This document shows, in pieces, positions 11,977 through 25,519 of a DNA stretch of 64,000 bases (the stretch's first letter is position 1; each line of letters opens with the position of its first letter). Under the pieces are notes generated by a model that was not told where the DNA came from, searched no databases, and was given only the letters and a program-made list of their open reading frames with translations. The position numbers and the translations under genes were made by a program. Location: NCBI GenBank assembly GCA_964188305.1, contig OZ076895.1; one strand, written 5' to 3'. This stretch comes from Podarcis bocagei. Lineage: Eukaryota.

Positions 11977-12245
11977 TAAGAATATAATAAAAGTCCTGAT
12001 GCATCAGGCGAAACGTTCACCTAGTCCAGTATCCTGTTCTCACAGTGGCCAACTAGATGCCTCTGGGAAGCCCAGAGGCAGAACCTGAGTGCAACAGTGC
12101 TCTCCCTACTTGTGGCTGCCAGCGAATTGGTATTCAGGGGCATCGTGTATCTGACAGTGGAAGGAGAATACAGTATCCATTGAGAGCCTTACCCTCCATA
12201 AATTTGTCCAGCTCTCTTTTAAAGCCATCCCAGTTGGCAGCTGCC
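11977..12245 (-). mobile_element. Degraded CR1-type LINE 3' end
   Basis: CTAGTCCAGTATCCTGTTCTCACAGTGGCCAA...TTTAAAGCCATCC resembles squamate CR1 3' ends from memory. Related pieces at ~38040-38520 and ~38810-38970. Confidence 0.55.
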
Positions 12246-12989
12246 ACATTTCATATATATTTCACATTTATATGAGAACCATCATAAGCCAATATCGTTA
12301 ACAAGGCCGGCCAAAGTTGTCAGCAAGCTTTTGAATCCTCCAGAACACTTCTTCAGGCTGGATGACTTCACCTGGTGCATTCCCTGAAGTTAATTTTAAT
12401 CTTCGCTAAAGTCTTCCACATTTCTCTTTTATTTCTGCTCTCTGCCTCAGAACTGTGAGTTCCACTCTATAGGCTTGTCTGGGGTGCCTTAAGTTGTTTA
12501 TTTGTGAGATACACTGCAGCTGCAAAAAAGTAAACTCAATTCAATACGTTTCAATGACTTTTTATATTTCAATAAAATATTGTTAACATTGGGAGAGTGC
12601 TGCTGAAATCAGATGCTTCCCAGAGAATAGAATGATGGACCAGATGGGCCTTTGGCCTGATCTGGCAGGGCACTTCTTGTGCGCCTATGATAATATGATA
12701 ACACCTGAAACAACATCCCATCCCTTACATACCCAAACAATCACTGCACTCTGCAGGTAAGGGCTTCCTACAAATTTGATCTTATCAGGAGGTCAATTCC
12801 ACACAATGTAGGGATCTGGCCTTTAGTGTGTAGGTGAGGACTTTAGTAGGTATGGTAGCACCGACTCTTTAGAACTCCCTCTCCTAGAATTAACAGACAC
12901 CATCTTTATAGTATTTTTATCCCTTCAGAAGACCTTTATCTTTCAACAAGCTATTTAAGTCCATAACTTTCCCAGTCTTCATCTGTAGT

Positions 12990-13203
12990 NNNNNNNNNNN
13001 NNNNNNNNNNNNNNNNNNNNNNNNNNNNNNNNNNNNNNNNNNNNNNNNNNNNNNNNNNNNNNNNNNNNNNNNNNNNNNNNNNNNNNNNNNNNNNNNNNNN
13101 NNNNNNNNNNNNNNNNNNNNNNNNNNNNNNNNNNNNNNNNNNNNNNNNNNNNNNNNNNNNNNNNNNNNNNNNNNNNNNNNNNNNNNNNNNNNNNNNNNNN
13201 NNN
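12990..13203. other. Assembly gap (214 N)
   Basis: Run of N. Confidence 1.
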
Positions 13204-13280
13204 ACTTGTGTACCACCCTAGGCTCCTTAGGAAAGAAGTGTGGTATATACATTTAATTTTAATAATAATAATGCCTCTTT

Positions 13281-13607
13281 GCCTGTTGTCTTTGTCCATG
13301 GAGTTTTCTTGGCAGGGATACTGGATTGGATTGCCGGTTCCTGCTCCAGGTGGATCACGTTTGGTCAAAACTCTCCACTATGACCTGTCCATCTTGGGTG
13401 GCCCTGCACGGCATAGCTCATAGCTTCTCTGAGTTATTCAAGCCCCTTCGCCATGGCAAGGCAGTGATCCATGACAGTGTTCTCGAAGCTACAAACATGA
13501 GTCTGACCAAACTACGGGAGACAATGGAAGACAGGAGTGCCTGGCGTGCTCTGGTCCATGGGGTCACGAAGAGTCGGACACGACTAAACGACTAAACAAC
13601 AACAACA
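13281..13607. mobile_element. Bov-B (RTE) insertion: inverted 5' end (13281-13472, -) joined to 3' end (13473-13607, +)
   Basis: The 3' part encodes DSVLEATNMSLTKLRE...HGVTKSRTRLND and ends in a (CAA)n tail. The inverted part reads GGATCACTGCCTTG...AAAACTCCATGGAC, which I recognise as the Bov-B 5' end. GCCTCTTT at 13273-13280 and 13610-13617. Confidence 0.8.
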
Positions 13608-13669
13608 GGGCCTCTTTCTTGCCTGGATAGAGGATAGTGAGGGGTGTGTGTGGAAACAATATTACTGTA

Positions 13670-13920
13670 CCAGTGTGGTGTAGTGGTTAAGAGCGGTAGT
13701 CACGTAATCTGGGAAACCGGGTTCGTGTCTCCGCTCCTCCACATGCAGCTGCTGGGTGACCTTGGGCCAGTCACACTTCTGTGAAGTCTCTCAGCCCCAC
13801 TCACCTCACAGAGTGTTTGTTGTGGGGGAGGAAGGGAAAGGAGAATGTTAGCCACTTTGAGACTCCTGAAGGGGAGTGAAAGGCGGGATATCAAATCCAA
13901 ACTCTTCTTCTTCTTCTTCT
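13670..13920 (+). mobile_element. tRNA-derived SINE, Squam3-like, with (CTT)n tail
   Basis: A-box TGGTGTAGTGG, B-box-like GGTTCGTGTCT, 3' end ATCAAATCCAAACTCTTCTTC. Family name from recall. Confidence 0.8.
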
Positions 13921-14374
13921 GTATGAAGATAAAGTTCGCATTCTTTGCTCTGCCCCCTTTGGCCTCTAGCTTTGTCCACAGTGGCATGTGTCCCCTGAAG
14001 GTTACATAAAAGGTTTCCCCATCACTTCCTCCATGTACCTTTGGTGTCCTTCCTGTCTCTTTATGGTTGCTCCCCCGGTCTACTCTTCAGCCAGCTTCTC
14101 AGAGTGAATGTCATTCTCTTCCTGTGCTCTCTGATGTGATGTGTGCTCTGACTGAGCAACGGAAAAAATAGCTACTACCTGAATCTGAGTGATTCCTAGA
14201 ATACCGAAGAACCCAAGGCGGGTGGGGATGGGGACTGCAGGTGGGAACATAAACTGACTCATTTTCACATGCTGTGGCATTGTGACAAGGCTGATGCAGT
14301 CCGAGCGCCTCGTGCTTATAGCATGCCAACATGTGACATACATTGATTCCTTATGAATGACTTTCATGTGCCTA

Positions 14375-14729
14375 AGGTAAAGGTAAAGGGACCCCTGACC
14401 GTTAGGTCCAGTCGTGGCCGACTCTGGGGTTGTGGCGCTCATCTCGCCTTATTGGCTGAGGGAGCCAGCGTACAGCTTCCAGGTCATGTGGCCAGCATGA
14501 CTAAGCCGCTTCTGGCGAACCAGAGCAGCACACGGAAACGCCATTTACCTTCCCGCCGGAGCGGTACCTATTTATCTACTTGCACTTTGACATGCTTTCA
14601 AACTGCTAGGTTGGCAGGAGCCGGGACTGAGCAATGGGAGCTCACCCCGTCGCAGGGAATCGAACCGCCAACCTTTTGATCGGCAAGTCCTAGGCTCTGT
14701 GGTTTAACCCACAGTGCCACCCGCATCCC
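14375..14729 (-). mobile_element. Sauria SINE (Squam1)
   Basis: tRNA-like head GGTGGCACTGTGG...GGTTCGATTCC on -, and (ACCTTT)n tail. Matches 38100-38448 in reverse. Confidence 0.92.
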
Positions 14730-15039
14730 TTTACCTAAGTACACCACTAAAAGTGGTTCTAGGACTCCCTCTGAATTTTCAACCTTCCCCAACCCTTTGC
14801 CTTCCAGATGTTTTGGACTAAAACTCCCACCAGACCCAGCCAGCTCAGCTGTGTTGAAGGGAGCACACCAAACCCAAAAGTAACCAAAAATGTCTCTAAA
14901 CACATCACTAAAAAGGCAGAATGGAACTGGGGTGGAATGAGGGCCAGACATGCTTATCTGCCAACACGCACAGGGCTGGGAACAGAACCACCATGCAAAA
15001 TGGTCACTGACTGTACAAGAAAAAAGCCCAAGACTTACA

Positions 15040-15163
15040 TATATTCCCCCCCTCCTCGTTTAATCCCTACCACAACCCGTTGAGGTATTTTAGGCAGTGA
15101 CTGGTCCAAAGTCACCTAGTGAGGTTCATGGCTGAGTGGCAATTTGAACCCTGGTCTCCCAGG
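15040..15163 (-). mobile_element. Old MIR-like tRNA SINE remnant
   Basis: ACAACCCGTTGAGGTA...GACTGGTCCAAAGTCACC...GGCTGAGTGGCAATTTGAACCC. A similar remnant lies at ~25075-25152. Confidence 0.55.
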
Positions 15164-15439
15164 TGTCGTATATATCTGAGAACACCCAGCCAGAAAAGGA
15201 TGCGGTTATAGTAAATGTAAATGTAATGCTTATTGTTTGCATAGCTCTTTTCCTGCATCTTATTTTCAGCATAAAAACTCATCCAGTGTGCTTTTTCCGC
15301 CCTTTACTCTTTTTTTACCTGAATGCAGAAGCTACCCCTACAAACAATACAGGCTAAATCATTCCAGGGAGACTTGATATCTTAAAAATAGAATGATTAA
15401 TATTAGAGGAGACAAGGGAACGCAACAGAATTGGGGGCG

Positions 15440-15830
15440 TCGTAAAGCACTCGATACCATGTCTCGCAAAACCTTCCTTGAAAAATTGACTTAAATTGCC
15501 TCTGGTTAGAAGTGCTGCCACATGGATTGTAAACGGACCGCGAGCCCATTAATGAGTGGTAATGATAAATGGCGGTGTGCCGAGTTTTTGGAGGAGGTAG
15601 CTACTTGGGGTGCCAGAGCAATTGGTGTTAGGTTTCATTTAATTTATTGCCTTCACTAATTGATCTGGAAAAGAAAATAAACAGCAGGTTAATGAAATCT
15701 GCAGAGGTTACTAAACTGGGAGAGTTTTCAAATGCTAGTAGAAATGGAGCAAAGGGAAAAAAGAAAGAAAGAAAAGCCCAAACAAAAGGATTTAGAAAGA
15801 TAGAAGAGGATTGGAAATGAGTCATTTTGG
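15440..15830 (+). mobile_element. Ancient, degraded CR1 RT fragment
   Basis: Remnants of KAFD (AAAGCACTCGATAC), GVPQ (GGGGTGCCAG), NDL (AATTGATCTGGA) and KFADDTKLG (AAATCTGCAGAGGTTACTAAACTGGG), in the expected order. Confidence 0.55.
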
Positions 15831-16353
15831 CAACACGGGGAAATGAAAATTCCTAGTTAAAAGGAATAGTAATGTTGCAAGATGTAGGGGCAGAGCTGAT
15901 TATCTCCAGACTCTGTTGGGGTACAGCTTCCTTCAGTGGAAATTGGTTTCCATTGGGACTGGTGGGATGGAAGAAGACTGGGAGGCCACCAGTAGGTGGA
16001 GTAAGTGCCAATGACAGGTGGAAATTTTGTCTTTGTTTCATCCTCCTCCTTGTTGAGTTCTATGAAGCCAACACTGATATTAAGGCCAACAGCCTGTGCT
16101 GCCTCCTGGACTGGTTGTAAGTAAGGACTAGCAAGTGGGAACTGGTTGAGCTTAATTGGGCAGTATCCCATTTGTCCCAAGCAGTCACTGGTACACAACA
16201 TCCCTGAGCTTGGGCTATATTAGATGGAGCTGCTTGGAATCCAGCAACATCCAGAGGACCACAGGTTCCCCACTCCTGATCTATGGAGTGACAATACTGC
16301 AATATAAAAAGTACTGTAGAATGAATAAAGCTCAGTATTTGAGTCCTATTTGA

Positions 16354-16410
<57 letters not shown>

Positions 16411-16633
16411 TTATTATTTATACCCCGCCCATCTGGCTGGGCCTCCCCAGCCACTCTGGGTGGCTTCCATAAAAAACAAAAATACAGTAAAATATCACAC
16501 GTTAAAAACTTCCCTGAACAGGGCTGCCTTAAGATGTCTTCTGAATGTCAGGTAGTTGTTTATCGCTTTGACATCTGCTGGAAGGGCGTTCCACAGGGCG
16601 GGTGCCACTACCGAGAAGGCCCTCTGCCTGGTT
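16354..16633 (-). mobile_element. Short 5'-truncated copy of the same young L2 family, with a long (TTA)n tail
   Basis: Nearly identical to ~945-1170. Encodes the identical peptide TRQRAFSVVAPALWNALPAD...FREVFNV. Confidence 0.93.
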
Positions 16634-19600
16634 ATCTTCTCCTCACATATGACGATCCCTGGGCAAGCAGTCCTGTGTAGGAACAAGTTTCCCTAATGGG
16701 AATGCAGATCCACAATTGCATTAAAATACATATTCAGGCAGCTCGACGGAGCTTAGATGAGCATTGCAAAGCAGAGGGAAATGTGTGTGGTCATCTTTAC
16801 CAGCAATGCACATATTCATTTATTTTATTTCTTTTAAACATTTTTTCAGTCATCGCTCAGGGCAGAAGGTGTCCCAAAGCAGCTTCTGCAAAAGTATAAA
16901 ATTATAAAACATCATTTCCATAAAAGTATCATAATTTAAAACATCTTAATGGCCCATCACCCAGACAATCCCCTCATCAGGAAGCTAGTCTGACTTATAT
17001 TTTAACACTTGCTGGATCCAGGGAGTAGAAGGATTTCTTCTCCCCACCACAAACCCATAACAATATTTTTGTGGAGTGTGTGAGGGTTTGGGGTTTTTGT
17101 TTTTCCTGAGTATGGAGCCATTTATTTTGGAATTTTGAGAAACTTTCCCTCCAGCAAGCAACGCACTATGTAATTAAGCCCTCATTAAACCTGGCAGATG
17201 TTTTTCTAACATTTTTGGACTGCAGATAGGCATTGTTTCAGACCTGACACATCTGTTTCTGAAGCTTGTGTATGGCTTGGACTAAATGGAGAGTGGAGTT
17301 GCTTTTGACACAGGAGCCAGACCAGGAGGAAAGCCATTGTTTCCCCGTTTCCCTACCGTAACTTTGCAAAATGTCCTGCAATGACAATAAGACAGTCATT
17401 GCTCAATAACAACCAAAGTCACACTGAGCCTACCCGGGGGGGGGGGGTCAGTATGACCCCATAGACAGCTTGCCGCGGGTGATTTATAGATATGTGGGGG
17501 GGGGGAGATCATTGAAAGACTTTGATCTAAGGGATCTAGTGCCTTCCTGGGTGACTGACACACATACACAACCCCAGGAGAAAATGCCAGCTGGCATAAA
17601 CCAATCTCATTTATTACCCTCATTTCAAAATGGGGAAAGATGGAGGAACACAAAGGCACTTCTTCACTGATACTTCCAGCCTACAGCAAGAGCCTGGAAG
17701 GGTGTTTGATAGGGTGGAGAAAAACTCATTCAGCCATACACACCCATGCACACTTTGCTATCTAAGTGATTTTTTTGATGCTTTAGTTATCAAGGAGGTT
17801 TTTGCTCTCCGTTTTAATAACCTCCTGAACCACTTCATTGCAAGGGTCTGGATCCTCCCCAGCCAAAAAAGGATGGCCAAGGAGGGCATGGAGATTCTGG
17901 CATATGCTGCTTAGGGATCCAGGTTTTAAACAAAACTTGGATGCATTGCCTGGCTTGCAGATTGCTCTGGCATTGCTGGGACAAGGTTGGGATTGTAATT
18001 GCCATGCATTTGGTGGCCGGAGTTCAGAGGCTATTAGGCAAGAAGCCACCTCATAAAGCGAACCAGCTTTGCACCTGTTTCTTCCCAGCTGGCATCCACA
18101 GGCCTGAGAAAGGAGCCATGCAGCTGAGGTAAAAGGTGCTTTTAAAAACAATAGGAAATCCCTTTCAGGGGAAGCTCTGAGCCAAGGACCTTCTCCTTTT
18201 CCTTGTCTTCTTTTGCCTGCCTCGTTTTCTTCTTTCCCTTGTTACAGGTTTTTCTCTGATAGCTTTCTGCAGTTGTTCCAGACAACTGCATTGGTATGCC
18301 CGCAGGAGATAATAAGAATTAGTGGGAAGCATTTGAGAGCCTGGAAGGGAGGGCTGTCAGTCTGTGAAGTTGGAAGGAATTGCGTGAGATATCACTTCCA
18401 GCCTTTAGTTGGGATTGTGTTTGCTCCATCTCAGTGAAGGAAGAGGCCTCATATTGCTTCCATCAAAGGAGAAGAGCCTGTTTTGGCCAACGGCCTTCAG
18501 GGCAGAGGGTTGCCTGTAAAAGGATGCTTCCTTCATTTCTGTTGCAGCATCTCGCTCTCTGAGAAGAGTGGGCTTTGCCAGTTGCCATTTGGGGCTGAGT
18601 AATAATTTTTTTGGTACACCCTGGTTGGGCTTTGGGTGCACCTTTTTTATTAATATCATGCAGTTTGAAGCAACTGGAAGCATAAGAACTGACTCCTTTT
18701 GAAAAAAAATCATTGTCCAGGCCCATAAAAATGCTATTCAAACTTTTACTTGCGGAACTCTTGAAAACAAAACAGAATACATCAAATGATACATGGCAGC
18801 TGGGTAGTCCCAGTGTAAATTTTGTGGGGGCCAATGCCCTCAGGCTCCCAGCCCCCCCCCCAGCCCCCAATATGGCGCCTGTGGCAGGGAACTATGGGAA
18901 CTGTGGCTGTGTGAAAGGAATAGGGATCTCCTAACAACTCTCAGTACCCTTAACAAGCTACAGTTCTCAGCAGGGGTACCAACATGAATGAAATATTGGG
19001 AGTCCCAAGGAAACCCCGCCTTGCATAATCAATCACAAAATATGGTGAATGACAATGCCCATCAACTTTGGGGGGCAGCCCCCTCAAATATTTTATTGGG
19101 GAGCCCAAAGGGACCTCAGCCCCTAGGAGTTGGCCCCTATGATTCCCAGGATTCTTTGGAGGTAGGCATGACTGCTTAAAGTGGTATGATACTTCTTTAA
19201 ATGTATAGAGAAGAGGAGACCCGAGTTCCTTGGGAGACCATGACAGTAAAAACAGGAAAGAAGGAAATTAAACATTGCCCTCCCTAGGGCACTTCCACAC
19301 AGCAGCTTATTGGGGACTCTGTGCCGCTCATGCATGTAAGGTTGTTTTGTTTTTAACAGCATCCACACAGCATCTTCCTCATCAGAATATTGTCTTGTAT
19401 TTTCCCATTTAAACCAGCTCAACAATTTCTGTCTGCTGAAAATCCAATGCAAGGGGAGGGCGTGTAAATGGTAGATCCTGATTACCGTAAATTGTGGGGA
19501 GGGGAGGGATTGCATTTGGATGAGGATGACATTGTGTCAATGCTGTGAAAAAAACATGAGCAGGACCAAGTCCGCAATAAACTGCCATGTGGACATGCCC

Positions 19601-22218
19601 CTATTGATTCTGTGTTTATTGAATTCAGTATTCGCCCGCAAGAAAATATCCTGTATTATGACTACAGTGATACGCCTATAAGCTGTAAGCCAGCATTCAA
19701 GATTTTGCTGTTATTTAGATGTGTTGGGTTCCGGTGCTTCTTTGGTACTTAAGAATATGATTACTAAAGCAATTTAGTGCAATTTAGTGCCCAGCTTTGT
19801 TTTTCCTTTGGGCTGGCTTTTGTGTGGCCAGATTTTGTGTAAAAGCCATATTTATGTTTTGGATTTAGGTGTGCGTGTGTAATTACAAAAACAATAAAAA
19901 GCTATTCTTACCTTCCCCAAGAGTCTGGGCAAACATTCCCAGAAATAAATGAACTTTTCCCTTGGTCATGCATCAACAAGGATAGTTTGCTGAAGTCTTG
20001 ATTCTCATTTGAAACGCTGTGGTGGAGCTTATCTCATGATGTCTGTCACTGATTGCAAATAAATCAGTTCTGTTACCTCGGGGAGAAATATGTAAGCAAT
20101 TGCAGCGGTAAAGCTTATAAGCAAACCCCAGAATCCTCTAAGGAAATGAACATCCCAACTGTGGAAAAGGCAGAAATGACAAACATTTTATCTTTGAAAG
20201 GAGGGGTGGGGTTTTGAAGGAGGAAACAGATGAAGGTATCTAAAAATTCTTCTTCTCCCCTCCTCCCATCCAAAAAGCAATTAGTAAAACAGTCTTCTCT
20301 GTGAGAAAATTAATCTTAGTTGCAACCCATCCCTTTTATCCTTCATTTGCAATGCATGGTATGTTTTCCACCACAGATTCCTAAATACCCCATATGCAGC
20401 CATTCCAGCTTAGGAGAGAATGGTTATTTATTACCCGCAATCTCACTTCAGCATTTTCTGAACAGCGAACTGCTGGCGGAGAAAAAGCTCTCTTCGGCAA
20501 AGCTGTTCCCATCTGTGGAGCATTCCACCAAATGATTTTCTCCCATGCCTGCAAAACTCCAAATTGTGTTCCAGTGTTTTCCTTCAGCGAGGGGATCATT
20601 TTGAAACATCTGTAGGTGGATCATTCAGGGCCAATCCACGCATGCTGGCAAAATCCAGTGAGATTATGACAATGGTGATGGTGATGATGGCAGTGATTAT
20701 TATTATTATCGTTAGACATTATATACCACTAACTTAAGGGGGGTGGAAACATGTCACAAGGGGTTGCTGGCTGTCAAAAATCAAGGGTTGTCACCAATGC
20801 TAGCCCTGCTCAGAGTAGATGCATTGAAATGAAGAGCCATTACTGACTTTGGTTCATAAATTTCAGTAGGTCCACTCTGAGATGGTCTGGACTCTATTAT
20901 TGTTTATGCTCCTAGAACACTATAATCATGCCTAATAACTACATAATAATACCTAATGACTAATAACAACAATAATTTGATTTCCCCGCTGCAAAATGAG
21001 AGCGGGCCTCCAATGATGCATGGACATTGATGACTTCCGAGTTAAATACCGAGAGCTGGAGAATAAAGTGTCGTTTGCAAATTATGAAGAGAGTGCCTCA
21101 TTAGCTCAGAGCCACCCCATCATGTTACCACTCCATCTGTACACTTCACCCTTTACCTCTGCCTCCATTAGAAGCTACATGAGTCGGGGACAAGTTATTA
21201 TGTACAAGAATCTGTTTTCTTTAGCAGAGCTGCCATGCTGCTCCTGAATAAGCAGGAGGAATGGCTGTCCCCACGCATTGTGACCATCAACCGCAAAGGA
21301 CAGGACACGGAGTAAAATGCCATCTATCTTGATTTGTCCAAATGAGCTTCTTGCATAACAGCTTCCTCAGAAGTCAGTGCAATGGAAAGCAATACCTTTA
21401 TGTAACTCATAAATAATCATTTACATCATAATCTCTATGCTATGCAGCTATGCCCTCTTTAGAGCCAAGCTTTGCAGTACATTCTGTTCCCCCAAGGAAG
21501 GATCACTCAGAGCTCACATCTATTCTTTTCATGGCAGGAGCATCAATACAAGGATTGCACTGACTAATTTCATGGTTGTTGCAAACAGTGGAATGCAACA
21601 TTTTGTTTCTACACAACTGGGCTGCAGAGCACGATCAAATATGCACAACATATATAGGGCATCTGTTCTGTAGAGCACTAACTTCACCTTTGGAGAAGAT
21701 CCATGGCTATCATATCTTGCAATCTCATTCTCTGGATTGCACGATCCAGTGCTTCACGCATACAAGGATGCCCAGAACCTAACTAGACAATATGTTAGTT
21801 CTGAATTGGGGGGTGGGAGTGGGTAACCTTATTGCCAGCATGGGCCCTCCAGTCTTGATTAGAACCTTCATGCATACATGTCTATAAGGGGTAGGGCTTT
21901 AACTTTTTGTCCCCTGCTATGGTCCTAAATCAGATTAGATACTTCATACCTGAGATTTGCATGGGGAATTGACCCATTGAAGTAAATGAAAGCTTTTCCC
22001 CTATGCAGCTTGCCAGTGCAGTCCCTCAATAGAAACTGGGGACATATGGGAGGGGCAAAGAGTAAAGTCCCCAATACCCTATGCTAAGTTCCCTGCCTGG
22101 ATCAGGGTCCCTATGCAGATAATTAATGTATTAAATCTCTGCACTTAAGGCCACACATATACAGCTATTGACTAGTTTGTTTCTGAGCAGCCTCATGTGA
22201 GTGCAGAATTGTATGAAA

Positions 22219-22222
<4 letters not shown>

Positions 22223-22260
<38 letters not shown>
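22223..22260. repeat. (TG)n microsatellite
   Basis: Directly visible. Confidence 0.95.
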
Positions 22261-22261
<1 letters not shown>

Positions 22262-25200
22262 TGATCTTTGAAAGGATAGCGACATTCTCCATTGGGAATT
22301 TTCACAATCCTAGGAAACTGGAGAGAAGTTTTGCGGTACAGTGGTTTGAGCTCATACAGGTAGAAATGTCTTTAATGTCCCAGTTTTACTTCATGGGTGA
22401 ACAACCCAACCATTTGCTGGAACATATTGGCCCCCATGTTGCCATAGGATGGTTGTTTCTCTAATTTTTATGGTGTCTTCATTAACCTTGATCCCAAGAA
22501 ATGTTAGCGTCTTCCCATTTTTCTTGATTTGTTGCAGTTGATTTATGCACAGTTGCCTTCATAGAATTTAAAGATATCAAGAGCCTGCATAATGTAGATC
22601 TTTGTGGTGAGATTGGACAATTGTCTACCAGCTAAACCAGTGTATCCAACTAGAGAAACACAAGCAGAGAATGCTGCACTATAGAAAGTTGCTTGGAAGA
22701 AATCACATGAGATGAATCCCTCTCCTGTCTTCAAACCCTTTTTCCTTTTGCATTGTGTCTTTTAGACTGTAAGCCTGAGGGCAGGGACTGCTTGTTATTG
22801 ATTCTTGTAATCTGCTCTGGGGATCTTTTTTTCAGCTGAAGAGCAGGGTAAAAATACTTAACATAAAACAAACAATTTTGAGTTATAATTCCATTGTTTT
22901 GATGATCTGTCTCATTCTTCCCATTATTCGTACTATATTCTTTCCTACAGTAACTTACACCTTCGACTTTTCTGCTGTACTACCATCAAGAAATTTTTGA
23001 CAGTAAAGGAATGAAGGAGAGTGGCTTCTTTAAAACCGGCACAAACACACTTACGTAATGCTAGACCGATGAAGCTAATTGATTGAGAATAATTCCAGAA
23101 GATATACAAATCAATGCAGTTGGAATCTTTCAGACCTCCTCCAGCTAGAAGAGCCCAGAATGAGGTACGGGTGGCTCTTAGGAGGGAGCATGAACTTGCT
23201 GTAAGCTTCCTGGGCCATGACACTAATTACAGTTGCTCCTAAAATGACACTGTCATCTCTGCTTTACTGGAAAGTTGTCCTGCCTCTGAAAAATGTAAAA
23301 CATTTGTATGTCCACTAAGAATGTCCATGAAGAATGTCACCCCACTTTCTTGACCTATGGATGGAGCTGCAAAAATGAAAGAGCATTCTTTCACTTTCTA
23401 TCTGTGTTCTATCTGTGAAGATCACTCCTTCACACCATAATGGCTGAGGCCTGATCCCAGTTACTACAGGCAGGCAAGCTGATGATGTGATAGCAGCTGT
23501 TCCCCGTTACAGCATCCTTACAGAGAGAGTGAAAATGTCCCACATCATATATCACTGTGTGAATAAGGAGCTCAAGCAATGGCTGTTTGAACACATCAAT
23601 ACAGCTGTCAATGTTTACTGTGAAGATGCTAGCTTGGACTTTTAATGTCTCCTTATTTATTGCCACTAAATGAGTTTTATGCAATATTAGGATTGCACAG
23701 TTAAACATCCAATTTTATGAAAAGTGTGATCACATAACCATAAATCTGTCTGCTGTGTGTCAAGCGAGTCTGCAATAGAAGGGGTTAGATAAGAACCTCA
23801 TTGGGGCTGTTACACACACATACACACACATTTTTTTGTTTTCTACTCTTAAATTTTTGCTCCAAGGTTTTCATGCATTTTAGAAATATATAAGGAATGC
23901 ATAGGTAATAGAGTGGGCATACCAGAACAGACCAATTTTACACGGGTATGGACATCAACAGAATCATTTGCAGCAAGCACATAAGGATTTATGTATCAAG
24001 CGCCTCAGATATGCATGTCATGTCTACACTGGGGGCAGGGTTTGTCTTGGATTCACCAAAGCAATGTATGAGATTGTAGTCACATCTCCTGCTCCTAGGG
24101 GATATCCACTGAATATTATTCAGGCAAAGTGTGACACAGATAAGACAGCTGAGGTCAGGACCATGGAGAGCTCTCTGGGGGGAAAACCAAGAATCAAGAT
24201 TAGGCTGGATACATGACTCATTGAAGTGTTGCTCTAGCACTAGTTTGAAAGCTGGAGCTTTATTATCAGGTATGGAAACCTGTGTCCCTCTGGATGTTGT
24301 TGGACTCCAACTTTCATCAGCCCTAGCCAGCATGACCAATGGAAAGAGATGGTGGGAGTTGTGCTCTAACAACATCTGGAGGATCATACGTTCCTAATCA
24401 TTGCTTTCTGTAGCCCTGCAGAGAGATGTGGGTGAAGTTCCACCACCTTGGAGGAAGCCTTCTTGGTAGTTTCAAAGCAGGGTGTTCTTGTATGCAGTTG
24501 TGTACTCTAGCAAGATTGAAGTATAGCCCCCATGCATGATGAGGTGGAGGAAGACTTTCTGGAGCTGCAGATAGTTCAGGGGAGAAGTCATCTGAATTTT
24601 TCCAGGAGGGCAGAACTGCCTTCTCTAGAGTCAAGGACAATGGCCTCACTGACAGCTGGGGCTCCTCCTCCAGGAAATCACTGCTTTGGACACTGTATCC
24701 TGGGGCTTATTCATCTCTGGCTTCAGTATCTTTAGAGCTCTTTTAAAACAACAGCAACCAAGGGTTAATATCTTGGCTCATGATAACACAAGCTACATGA
24801 CAGCTATGCTGATCCCCACCTTCACATACACCCCAGACAAACAGCATTTCTCAAAGCTCAGTCCAGGTGGTACAGTCCATGCAATGGAAGAATGCATAGC
24901 ACATATAACCTGCTTTCTTTTGGGGGGGGGGTCTTGAACTAACTGTCTTCTGTCTTTCTGCTAAGCAAATTCTGCTGCTGGTACTTTTAATTTGGTGGTG
25001 AGCATAGGATTGTGCCAATAGTTTGAGAAGGCCCATCTCCTGCACAAGGAGATTTTTATTTTTTTATTGCCTTTATGAGGTCTGAGTGGGTATATAAGGT
25101 TGTGTCTGAGTGGGGATTTGAACCCTGGTCTCTCAGGTCCTAGTCTGATGCTCTAACCACTACACCACACTGGTTCTAAATTACCCTGCCCCCCCGCCAT

Positions 25201-25519
25201 TGGCAGCATTGTTGCCCTTATGCACTATGCTGGAGTCAAGGAGTGTCACTAGCACAACAGTGATGAATGTGCCAGAACATCCGTTGTGGTCTTATACAAC
25301 CTAACCCCTGAAACTAATTCTAGGTATTCTGACAGCAGAATGTTGGATTCCAGAATCAAACTGCAATATGCTTCCACTTCCCTGCTAAATGCCTGATTCC
25401 CAGCACCAATGAATTCTTCCTCTCTCAAATAACACCCTCCAAAGTGTTATGTCAAAAAGCTGCCTCTTTCCCCTGCTTTAAATGTGTAGCTTATTTCATT
25501 AGATGTCCCTTTGTTTTCT

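Noticed and set aside
12917-13368. ORFs spanning the first N gap
   Set aside because: Artefacts of reading through Ns.
13670-13745. tRNA genes at the SINE heads (also ~14650-14729, ~38100-38175 and ~39295-39375)
   Set aside because: The A/B boxes belong to SINEs with full bodies; I could not fold a complete cloverleaf.
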